Source: an uncultured delta proteobacterium (GTDB taxonomy: Bacteria; Desulfobacterota; Syntrophia; Syntrophales; UBA5619). From it: 64,000 nucleotides of DNA. Of the stretch, positions 38,126 to 48,100 are shown piece after piece. The position numbers and the translations under genes were made by a program. The notes below the pieces were generated by a model. It had not been told where the DNA came from. It did no database searches and was given only the letters and a program-made list of their open reading frames with translations. The stretch is taken from positions 480,001 to 544,000 of the forward strand of contig CAWFOM010000005.1 in assembly GCA_963817385.1 (NCBI GenBank), written 5' to 3'. Every line of letters starts with the position of its first letter. Positions within the stretch are counted from its first letter, which is position 1.

Positions 38126-40406
38126 ATGCTTGGTCGCCTGTTGTTCGCATCATTGCCCGTCCTGTTTTCTCTGACGCTGTTCATGAGTGCAGGCCTGCTT
38201 TTTCTTGTCGAGCTGATGATCGCAAAGATGATCCTCCCCCTGTTCGGCGGCACGCCTGCCGTCTGGAACACCTGCATGATGTTCTTCCAGGCAGTGCTTC
38301 TTATGGGCTACGGGTATGCCCATATCTCCGCCACGAAAGTCGCGATCTCCCGCCAGATCATCATTCATCTGGCAATCCTCGGTTTTGCATGCATTGTGCT
38401 GCCGATAGCTATTCCGCGGCAGTGGGCGCCTTCCGCAGAGGGGAACCCGATCGGAGAGATCCTCCTGCTGCTCATAATCTCCGTCGGTCCGCCCTTTTTC
38501 GTCCTCTCCGCAACTGCGCCGCTGCTTCAGCGATGGTTTGCCCGCACCCGACATCCATCTGCCGGAGATCCCTATTTTCTTTACAGTGCGAGCAACCTTG
38601 GCAGCATGCTGGCCCTGATCAGCTATCCGACATGGGTGGAACCGCATTTCCGACTTGCCGCCCAAAGCCGCTCATGGACCATCGGATATCTCATCATCTT
38701 GGCCCTCACCGTATTGTGCGCAGGCGTCACGATGAAGTACCCGTCGGTCTACCGGCCGGAGGGCGGAGAAAATGAAAAGGATGCGGCAGCAGCATGCGGC
38801 GCCGATGATTCCCGGCTTACGTACAAGGAGCGGAGCCGCTGGATCCTCTATGCCTTTGTGCCGTCGAGCCTGATGCTCGGGGTAACTACCTTCCTCAGTA
38901 CGGACGTCGCCGCAATCCCGCTCTTCTGGGTCATCCCGCTCGCTCTCTACCTGCTTTCTTTCATCATCGTCTTTGCCCGGGTTCCGGCCATGGTCCACCG
39001 AGTGATGGTTCTGCTCCTGCCCGTCTCGATCGCCGTCCTGGTCTTCGTGAATTTCTCCGATATCGATATCCCGAAATGGGCGATGTTCATCGTTCATCTC
39101 ATGACCTTCTTTCTCACCTGTATGGTCTGTCATGGAGAGATTGCCCGAACGAGACCGGCGGCCCGGCATCTGACCGAATTTTATCTCTGGCTTTCCGTCG
39201 GCGGTATGGTCGGCGGCATCTTCAATTCGCTCATCGCACCGGCAGCCTTCAATACGGTTCTCGAGTATCCCCTGATCCTGATTCTCGCCGCCCTGCTCTT
39301 GCCGATCGAAAAGCGGAAAAGGGGACACGACATCAGAAATGGGCGGTTTATCCTCCTGTGCCTCGGAGTTCCCCTCGCGATTGTCCCGCTCACGTACTTT
39401 TCGACGGCAAACGGGTCCCTGGTCAGCGGAAGCCTCCCGTGGCTTTCCAGGTCTCCTGCACGTCACATCGAACCATCTCGATTTGATCGTGAGCTATGGA
39501 TTTCCCGCTCTTCTGTGCTATGGATTGGTGTTCCTGCGAAAGCGGTTTCTCTTCGGCATCGGGATTGCCGCGCTGCTCATAACCGTCGTCGTCTCAAAAG
39601 ACTTCAAGCGGGACATCGTACACCGGGAGAGGAGCTTCTTCGGAGTGCTGACGGTAACGCGGGACACCGACGGTACTTTCATGAATCTTACCCACGGTAC
39701 GACGCTGCACGGCAAGCAGTGGCTCAATCCGTACACCCGATCCGAACCTGTCTCCTATTATCATCGGCAGGGGCCCGTAGGGCAGGTATTTTCCGAGTTC
39801 CAGGGGCGGAGAAAGAAAACCCGCATCGCCGTCACCGGCCTTGGCACCGGCAGCCTTGCCGCGTACGCGGGACCCGGCCAGGAGATAGATTTCTACGAGA
39901 TCGACCCGGCGGTAAAGAGGATCTCGACCAATCCTGCATATTTTTCCTTCCTGAGTGATTGCCGGGCCGGCTGGAAGGTCATCCTGGGGGACGCCCGGTT
40001 GACGATGGAGAAGGCGCCTCCCCATTCCTACGGCATCATCATCCTCGATGCGTTCAGCTCGGATTCAATCCCGGTGCATCTTCTTACCAAAGAGGCCGTG
40101 GAGATGTATTTTTCGAAGCTGAACAAGGGCGGGGTTCTGATGATTCATATCACGAACAGATATGTGGACCTCGCTCCGGTGCTGGCGAAGATAGCCGATG
40201 AAGGCGGTTTTGCCGACCGCCTCCGCGATGATGATTCGGATTATGAAATCGGCAAAGACGGTTCCACATGGGTTCTGCTCGCCAGAAACGAAAATGACTT
40301 CGGCGGCCTTGCCGGGGACCCTGACTGGAAGAAGATCGAACGGAGCGAAACGGTCGATGGGTGGACGGATGATTTCTCAAACATTCTTTCGGTGTTCAAG
40401 TGGTAA
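38126..40406 (+). CDS. Fused membrane (MFS-like)/spermidine-synthase-like SAM-binding protein (apparent frameshift ~39450)
   Basis: GGTPAVWNTCM.FFQ, DPYFLYSASNLGS, HGTTLHG, GLGTGSLA, FYEIDP, GDARL, LDAFSSDSIPVHL, WTDDFSN. Confidence 0.88.
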
Positions 40407-40490
40407 GCCGCTGTGCAAGGTTCCCGCCGTTATGCTCTAGAAAAATGAGAATGCCTTCATGTAACAAAGCAAACGTTGATTTTGATAGGC

Positions 40491-40937
40491 TTACATCATT
40501 TCAATCGGGAATGAATGACGATCACCTTTATGGGGAACTTGAATATGTGTGGGATGGTTTGTGTAATCACCTTTGCTGCTCTCAAGCAACATGTTTACCG
40601 TTTCCCTTAACGTGAAAACTGAAAATGGTTTAAGAATTAATATGATACCATTACGTTCACTAAATGACCTGACTTCTTGGTCTCTGCTGCCGGTCAAAAG
40701 TATCGAATGCGAATATATGTCACTGCTGGTCTCTCTGGCCCGTTCCAAGAATTCGATGCCTTTCATAACAGGCATATTATAATCGGTTAAGATGATGTCG
40801 AAACAGTGTGCTTTTACCAACGCCAGAGCGTCTTGGCCGTTTTTGGCAGTCAAAATGTCCGCATCATCACAAAACAAAATGTATAATAGCTCCCTGAGAG
40901 CGTCATCATCATCTACAACTAAATATGTTTTCGCCAT
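40491..40937 (-). CDS. Single-domain response regulator
   Basis: LVVDDD, ILTDYNMPVMKG, LLTG, KPF. Confidence 0.88.
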   Translation of the reverse strand: MAKTYLVVDDDDALRELLYILFCDDADILTAKNGQDALALVKAHCFDIILTDYNMPVMKGIEFLERARETSSDIYSHSILLTGSRDQEVRSFSERNGIILILKPFSVFTLRETVNMLLESSKGDYTNHPTHIQVPHKGDRHSFPIEMM

Positions 40938-40938
40938 A

Positions 40939-41112
40939 TTAATATTTCTCCCATGTCGTTCCAAAGAAGAGGATTTTGGATACGTCCCATTGATCCATTC
41001 CGAAAATTTTATCTTTATACTTCTCTAACCCCTCTGATTTCTTCTGGTCATATCCCATCGTCTGAGCAATTTTTATAACTTCGTCATCATCCAATTTGTC
41101 AATGTTAGTCAT
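40939..41112 (-). CDS. Putative 57-aa hypothetical protein directly upstream of the response regulator
   Basis: GGAGATGACAAC-ATG; MTNIDKLDDDEVIKIAQTMGYDQKK...WEKY; stop 1 bp before the regulator ATG. Confidence 0.5.
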   Translation of the reverse strand: MTNIDKLDDDEVIKIAQTMGYDQKKSEGLEKYKDKIFGMDQWDVSKILFFGTTWEKY

Positions 41113-41234
41113 GTTGTCATCTCCATAAACTGCTATTTTTAAGGATTGTGAGTTTAGATATCTTCCATTCTTTGATAATAACTTATTCTTGGGAGGTGCT
41201 GAAAACAATGTCTGTTGATAGTGAGGGTAACGGT

Positions 41235-41489
41235 AGGTCACATCACAGTTATGGAAGCGCTTCGGATCGAAAAGCTCCAGCATAAAGGTCGTGGCCACCA
41301 CTTCACCGACCCCGGGAACGCTCTGGAGACACGTCAGGACATGGCCATGTTGCCGGGCCACCTGGCGCAACTGCGCGGCGAATGGCCACATGGATAGCTG
41401 CGCTTGTGGACGTCGATCCCTATGCTGAACGGATGCCCTTCAAAATCCTTCACAAACCGATCAATACTTGATACGCTTATTCTTACCAT
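41235..41489 (-). pseudogene. Internally deleted IS110-family transposase
   Basis: MVRISVSSIDRFVKDFEGHPFSIGIDVHKRSY (DEDD domain start) joined near 41371-41376 to QLRQVARQHGHVLTCLQSVPGVGEVVATTFMLELFDPKRFHN (C-terminal HhH region). Confidence 0.85.
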
Positions 41490-41571
41490 GTTGGTCCTCC
41501 TTTCCTGGGTTAGCTGAAATCTCTTACAGGAGTCTCAGTCTATCACCCCAGCAGGTGGCCTACATGGTATT
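41235..41571 (-). mobile_element. IS110 remnant including its upstream non-coding end
   Basis: Transposase fragments plus an ~80-nt leader with a long hairpin and RBS AGGAGG. Outer boundary is approximate. Confidence 0.7.
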
Positions 41572-41868
41572 TTTGCACATTTTAACCGGCAATCTTCATT
41601 TTGCGTGGTCACCTCGGACTAAGGAGCAGTAGGTGTCGCCAATGACAATAATAATTCATCACCTCTCCGTAGAATCAGGGTATTGATAAGTAGTGAACGA
41701 GAGAGAAGTACACAAAAACCGGATGAATCAGAATTATGTACCTCTGATGATTGAATCGGTGCATCATCAAGATGAAGTGAGTATGATGAAAGTGAGTATT
41801 GACAGAAAGAGAAATTGCTAATAAGCTGGTGCCGTTGCAAAATCTTGTTCCAATAACGGGAGGACTAT

Positions 41869-42300
41869 ATGAAAGAGACATCGCGGATCAGGGTTAATCC
41901 GGGCACCGGGGAAGTCGAGGTTGAAGGTTCGGAGAAGTTCGTCAAGACCTATTTCAACAAACTGCAAAAATTGCTATCCGGGCCATCGCAGAAGATGGCA
42001 AGAGAACCGAAAGCGGGGAAAGTCCGTCCTGCGAAAAAGACAAAACAAGATTCCAACGCGCGGAAGAAAATTTCCCGGAAAAAGGTCAAGCAGGCGGAAA
42101 GGAAAAGGACGGGGGGAAAGAAGCTCACCAATATCGATGCCGTTGTAACGCTGATCCAGGGAAGCGCCGAGGGGATTTCGACCACCGAGTTAAAGCAAAA
42201 GACCGGTTTGACCGACGTTCAGATCTGGAACATCGTGAATCGCACCGCTAAAGAGGGAAAGATCCGCAAGGTGAAGCGCGGATTGTATGCCGCCCTGTAG
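41869..42300 (+). CDS. Hypothetical basic protein with a predicted C-terminal winged-helix
   Basis: Lys/Arg-rich linker; GISTTELKQKTGL...IWNIVNR...GKIRKVKRGLY; RBS GGAGG; TTGACA-17-TAAGCT upstream. Confidence 0.8.
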   Translation: MKETSRIRVNPGTGEVEVEGSEKFVKTYFNKLQKLLSGPSQKMAREPKAGKVRPAKKTKQDSNARKKISRKKVKQAERKRTGGKKLTNIDAVVTLIQGSAEGISTTELKQKTGLTDVQIWNIVNRTAKEGKIRKVKRGLYAAL

Positions 42301-42394
42301 CGGGCTGGGGGAGACGACTCACTGGATCCGCTGAAGTTTTGCGGGGAAGGTGGATCGAGGCTGCCCATTATCGAGAGTCCGAAGTTGATCAGAA

Positions 42395-43408
42395 ATGAAA
42401 TCATGCATTGAGACCATTGCTCTTGTCGGCGCCGGCGCCCTGGGAGGCGCCTACGCAAGCCTGTTCCAGGCGATGGACAGCCACTGTGTCTCGTTTGTCG
42501 CCGGCGGCGATCGCTTTGAACGGCTGAGCCGAGACGGATTGATCGTCAACGGCAGGCGCTGCAACATCCCGGTTATCCGACCGGAAGACCCCTCGCCTCC
42601 TTCCGATCTCGTTATCGTTGCGGTAAAACACCATCACCTGGAAGATGCCGTTCGGGAGATGAAAAACAGGATCGGACCGGATACGACAATTATCTCCGTC
42701 ATGAACGGCATCGAGAGCGAGGCGATGATCGGCGACGCATACGGGAGAGAAAAGGTCCTCACTGCCGTATCGGTAGGCCTAGACGCTTTGCGAGAGGGGA
42801 ATCGCGTGAATTTCAAAAACCGGGGGCGGATCCTCTTTGGAGAGGCCCGGAATCCCGTTATCTCGGAGCGGGTCAAACGTGTTCAGGCCCTCTTTGACAG
42901 AGCGGGGATCATCCATGAAACACCTACGGACATGGTTCGCATCCTCTGGTGGAAGTTCATAATAAATGTCGGTATTAATCAGGCGTCGGCAGTGCTTCGC
43001 GCACCTTTTTCCGTCTTTCAAACCTCTCCGGAGGCCCGGGATCTCATGACGTCGGCCATGCGGGAGGTTATCCTGCTTGCCGAGAAGGAAAAGATTCCGT
43101 TCTCGGAAGAGGATATGGGAAACTGGGAGACGGTTCTGGCTGACTTGAACCCCGCAGGGAAAACCTCAATGCTCCAGGATGTCGAGGCCTGCAGGAAAAC
43201 GGAAGTGGAGATGTTTGCCGGCAGGGTTATCGAGTTGGGCAAACGCCATCATATCCCCACACCGGTGAATCAGAAGCTGTTCGATTCGATCAGAAAGATC
43301 GAAGTCGAAAATGAATCGGTTCAGAAGCATCGAGAGGAACAAGTCAGCTCGATTTGTCCTGCCCCGGTTCAACAGGATGAACGAGCATTTAAGGAGAGGA
43401 AGCCATGA
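42395..43408 (+). CDS. panE: Ketopantoate reductase family protein
   Basis: GAGALG, VAVK, MNGI, WWKFIINVGIN, KTSMLQD..RKTEVE. Confidence 0.88.
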   Translation: MKSCIETIALVGAGALGGAYASLFQAMDSHCVSFVAGGDRFERLSRDGLIVNGRRCNIPVIRPEDPSPPSDLVIVAVKHHHLEDAVREMKNRIGPDTTIISVMNGIESEAMIGDAYGREKVLTAVSVGLDALREGNRVNFKNRGRILFGEARNPVISERVKRVQALFDRAGIIHETPTDMVRILWWKFIINVGINQASAVLRAPFSVFQTSPEARDLMTSAMREVILLAEKEKIPFSEEDMGNWETVLADLNPAGKTSMLQDVEACRKTEVEMFAGRVIELGKRHHIPTPVNQKLFDSIRKIEVENESVQKHREEQVSSICPAPVQQDERAFKERKP

Positions 43409-43767
43409 AAGTTGTAAAGGTAAACCAGGTGCCCGCAGAAGCCTCCGGCGGGAAATTATTCACCGGACCCATAACGCGTCAAGCGATCATAACGGACCAA
43501 GACAGCAACCAGTTCGCCGTTCACCAGGTTAATTTTGCTCAGGGCGTAAGAAATAAGTTTCACACCCATACCAATGATCAGGTGCTGATCGTTACCTCCG
43601 GGAAAGGTATCTGCGCTACGGCAGATAAAGAAGTGACCGTTTTCCCCGGGGATGTCATTCTATTCCCGGCCGGGGAAAAGCATTGGCACGGGGCAACGGT
43701 CGATTCCGCCTTTTCGCATATCTACATTACCGGTGCGGACACAACGACGACTCAGATTGAACAATAG
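43405..43767 (+). CDS. Cupin domain protein
   Basis: FHTHTNDQVL, PGDVILFPAGEKHWHGA. Confidence 0.9.
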   Translation: MKVVKVNQVPAEASGGKLFTGPITRQAIITDQDSNQFAVHQVNFAQGVRNKFHTHTNDQVLIVTSGKGICATADKEVTVFPGDVILFPAGEKHWHGATVDSAFSHIYITGADTTTTQIEQ

Positions 43768-43878
43768 CGCCGACATCACCCGGTCTCGGCATGAGGGGCG
43801 TGAGCAAGCGAACAGCGAATATGGACATCATTCTGCAGAAGAACATGCATTCAGGCCTTGAATCTCAACAGCGGGCCT

Positions 43879-45114
43879 ATGAATAATAGTATACCATCCA
43901 ATTACGGATGGGTGATGGTGGGAGTCCTCTGGCTGGTTCATGCGCTTGCGTTCATGAACATCTCCGGTTTGGGAATCCTGGCTCCTTTCATAAAAGCGGA
44001 TCTTCACCTTTCTTCGGTCGAAATCGGATTCCTGATATCCGCCCTGTCCATCGGGGCCTCGTTCAGCCAGATGCCGGCGGGGCTCATCACGGATTTTGCG
44101 GGGGTCCGCCTGATGCTGACCTTGGCGGTCGGCATGCTTGGCTTCCTCCTTGCTCTGTTTTCCCTGACGCCTTCTTACTCGATCGCGCTGCTGATCCTCC
44201 TGATCTACGGTGCGGCAAACGGTATTGTCGGCCCCGCCACGAGTAAAAGCGTCCTGGACTGGTTTCCCTCGATCGGCCGGGCCACGGCCATGGGGGTGAA
44301 GCAGACCGGGGTAAACTTCGGAGGAATCTTCGCCGGGATTCTCCTGCCGGCCCTGACGATTGCCATAACCTGGCGTGACAGCCTGCTTGCCGTGGGTGTG
44401 GGTGAAATGGCTTTGGCGTCCGTGATCTACTGGTTGATCAGGGAATCCCCGGTTCGGTCCGAAACCTCCCCAGCTCCCCTCGCCTGGAAAAAGATGTTTC
44501 ACATGGCGATGCACCGGGATATGTTGATCCTGGGGGGAATCGCATTTTGCTTCATGGCAAGCCAGTTCTGTTTCTCCACCTACCTGATCCTGTTTTTGAC
44601 CCAGGAAATGAATTACCCGATTATCCGGGCAGGTGAATACTTTGCCTTATCGTTCCTGATTGGTGCAGCCGGACGCATCCTGTGGAGCCTGGCCAGCGAT
44701 TACTTTCTTGCCGGGCAAAGAAAGGGGATCCTGCGTCTGATTACCCTTATCCTGTTTTTTTCTTCCCTGATGTTGGGCGTGATCTCCTTCTTCCCCGCTT
44801 TTTCCCCGCTGCTCGTGACCGCCATCCTCGCCTTCGGGATCAGCGGGATCGGCTGGAACGCCATCTATCTCACCATGGTGGGAGAAGCCGTGGAAAAGGA
44901 ATCGACGGGGCTGGCGACCGGCGCCTGCTACAGCTTCGGTTTTCTGGGGAGTTTGATCGCCCCTCCGCTGTTCGGTTTGCTGGTGGATAAAACGGACGGC
45001 TACGGTTATGCCTGGCTCCTTCCGGCCGTATGCGCCGGGATCATTCTTGTCCTTCTGAACTTCTACAAGGAGAAAAAAGCGCCCGTCATTACGTCTTTTC
45101 CCCGAAGCCGGTAG
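43879..45114 (+). CDS. MFS transporter
   Basis: About 12 TM segments; GLITDFAGVR, WFP..GRATAMGVKQTG, PPLFGLLVD. Confidence 0.9.
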   Translation: MNNSIPSNYGWVMVGVLWLVHALAFMNISGLGILAPFIKADLHLSSVEIGFLISALSIGASFSQMPAGLITDFAGVRLMLTLAVGMLGFLLALFSLTPSYSIALLILLIYGAANGIVGPATSKSVLDWFPSIGRATAMGVKQTGVNFGGIFAGILLPALTIAITWRDSLLAVGVGEMALASVIYWLIRESPVRSETSPAPLAWKKMFHMAMHRDMLILGGIAFCFMASQFCFSTYLILFLTQEMNYPIIRAGEYFALSFLIGAAGRILWSLASDYFLAGQRKGILRLITLILFFSSLMLGVISFFPAFSPLLVTAILAFGISGIGWNAIYLTMVGEAVEKESTGLATGACYSFGFLGSLIAPPLFGLLVDKTDGYGYAWLLPAVCAGIILVLLNFYKEKKAPVITSFPRSR

Positions 45115-48100
45115 CCTCAATCGGAAGGGCAAAATAAAAGGTTGTCCCTTCATCCGCTCTGCTTTCCGCCCAGACTCGGCCGCCGTGCCGGTGGATGATC
45201 CGTTGGACGATGGCGAGTCCCACCCCGGTCCCCTCAAATTCGTCGCTGCTGTGCAGGCGCTGAAAAACGCCGAACAGTTTGTCGTGGTATTGCATGTCAA
45301 ATCCGACGCCGTTGTCCCGGATAAAATAGACGCACTCGCTTTCCTGTACATGCCCTCCCGCTTCGATGAGTGCCTCTTCCTTCCTCCTCGTGAACTTGAC
45401 GGCGTTGGAGAGAATATTGATGAGAACCTGCTTGATCAGCCCCCGGTCTCCCCTGCCCGGGGGAATCTCCGTCATCTTCAGGGTCAGGCGCCTCTCCGGG
45501 CTGATGGTTTTCAGTTCTTCCCAGACATCTCTGATCAGCCTTTCCATGTCAAGCGTCACCATGGACGGTTGGGCTCGGCCGAGGCGGGAGAACGCCAGGA
45601 GATCATCGATGAGCTGGCTCATCATCCGGGTATTGTCCCGGATGGTATTAAATTTGCGCCGGGTGTCGTCATCAAATGTTTCGCCGTGCTTCCTGAGGAT
45701 CATCCGGCTAAACCCGTCGATGGCCCGCAGCGGGGCGCGGAGGTCGTGAGATACCGTATAGCTGAAGCTCTCCAGCTCCTTGTTGGCGGCTTCAAGCTGT
45801 AGCGACCGATTTTCAAGAGCCTCTTCCGCCATCTTGCCTTCGGTGATGTCTTCGGAGAAGATGACGATGCCGCCGACTGCGCCCGCCGCATCGTACCAGG
45901 GGCGTATTTCCCAGTGCACCCACTGCATCGACCCGTCGGCCCGCTCGAAGCGGTCCGCCTCGGCCCGCAGCACTTCTCCGGCGAGTCCGCGGCGGTAGGC
46001 CTCCCTCCATTCCGCGGATATCTCCGGGAAGACGTCGTAGTGGGAGATCCCGATCAAGGTACGGTCGCCGAGGCCGTAGTCGCTCCGCCAGCGGCGGCTC
46101 ACGCTCAGATAGCGCATCTCGCGATCAAACATGGCGAGCGCCGCGGGGGCGTGTTCGATGAAAAGCCGCAGCCTCGTTTCGCTTTCCCGCAGCGCCTCTT
46201 CGGCCCACCGCAGATCGGTAATGTCCTGGATGGCCACCGCGCTGCCGACAATCTTCCCTCCGGCACCGTAAACGGGCGAGGCGCTGTTGATGACAAAGGC
46301 GCGGGAGCCATCAAACCGTTGAATCTCCAGCATCTGTCCGGTGACGGATTCTCCCTTTTGTACGGCCCGGGCCGAAGCCCATTCTTCCGGACGGACAGGT
46401 TCGTCCGTGTCGACCCACCACGCCCGGTAAGCAGTGTCGCCGTCGATGGAATTCGCCGGCGGCTGCTGTCCGCTCCAGAGCTGTTCGTAGGCGAGGTTGG
46501 ACTTCATTTTGCCTCCCTCGGCATCGGTGATTGCCACGCCGACCGGCAAGACCTCCATCACGGATTCCAGCAATCGCCTTCGCTCTTCCGCCTCCGTGCG
46601 GGCCGTCTCCAACTGCGCCGTGCGCTCGGCTACCCTCTGCTCCAGCGTCTCGTTGGACTCCTTGAGAGCCGCCTGAGCCCGCTTGATTTCGGTGACGTCG
46701 ATTCCCATCTCCAGGATGAGAGGGGCGCCGTCGCTGTCCGTGAAGGGGTAGTCAAAGACGTCATAGTTGCGGCCGTCCGGGCCGGTCCACTCCCAATGGT
46801 GGGGCTTCCCGGTTTTCAGAACGGCGTAGGTCTCGCAGATATCGCAGGGCGTCGTCCGCTGGAAGAGGTATTCGTGACAGCGCCTCCCGTGGGCCTCGCC
46901 GAACCGCTCCCGGAAGAACCGGTTGGCAAAAGGCACGTGATAATCCGGCGTCAGGAGCACTACGTAGGCCGGCAGCATCTCCAGAACATTGTAGAAACGC
47001 CGCCTCTCCGCCTCAATCGCCTGGTAGGTCCTGTGGATCTCCTCAGTCTGACGGGCGACGCGCTCCTCCAGTTCGGCGTTCAGTTTGCGCAGGGACTCCT
47101 CAGCCCGCTTTCGTTTCGTGATGTTCCGGCCGTAGACGTTGAGGTAAGACTCCGCCGGAAACGGTGTGAGGGTGACGGCGTAGAAGCTCTCGCCCAGTTG
47201 GATTTCGCGATGGACTTCTGCTCCTGCGGCAATTGCCGGGGTGACATGCGGCAGGATCGGACCGGGCAGGGACTCACCCACTTTGCACGCCCATTCCCCG
47301 TTTCTTGCGGATGCCGGATTGCAATAGAGAATAACGCCTTCCGCCGATACGCGGAGGACCGGATTTGGGTTTTCCTCGGGAAACCGGGCCAGCCATGCCG
47401 CCCGTTTGTGGGCCTCGCGGAGCTCTTCCTCGGCCTGTTTGATATCCATGACGTCGACGAAGGTGATGACAATCCCCTCGATGCGGTCGTCCTGTGTCCG
47501 GTAGGGTGTGATGCGGCGGATGTACCACCGGTCGTCTTCGGCCCGCACTTCCTGCGAGCGGGGGGCCAGGTCCACGAGCACATGGTGGGCATCTTCCAGG
47601 AGCGCCTCGTCGGTGAAGCGCAGCAGGATGTCCGCAATCGGCCGGCCCATGTCGGAAGGGATCAGGCTCATCAGGCGGGTGATCGCCGGCGTGTAGCGCT
47701 TGATCCTGAACTTCTTATCCAGAAACAGGGTGGCGATGCTGGTGCTTGCCAGCAGGTTCACCACGTCGTCGTTCGTGCTTTCCAGCTCGTCGACCTTCTC
47801 CTGAAGGCGGAGGTTGATGGTGTTGAGCTCCTCGTTGAGGGACTGGAGTTCCTCCTTCGAGGTTTCCATCTCCTCGTTGGCCGACTGGAGCTCCTCATTG
47901 GCCGCCATAACCTCTTCGTTGGAGGCCTTGAGCTGGTCGTTGGAGCCCTCCAGTTGGTCGATGGTGCTCTGGAGCTCCTCGCGGGTGATCTTCAGTTCAT
48001 CCGCCAGTTGATGAATGTCTATCTCCCCCGCGGATTGCCGGCCGGACTTCGCGGCAGGGAGTTGATCTTCGAAGGTGATCAAAAGCAGGCCGTCGGTCTC

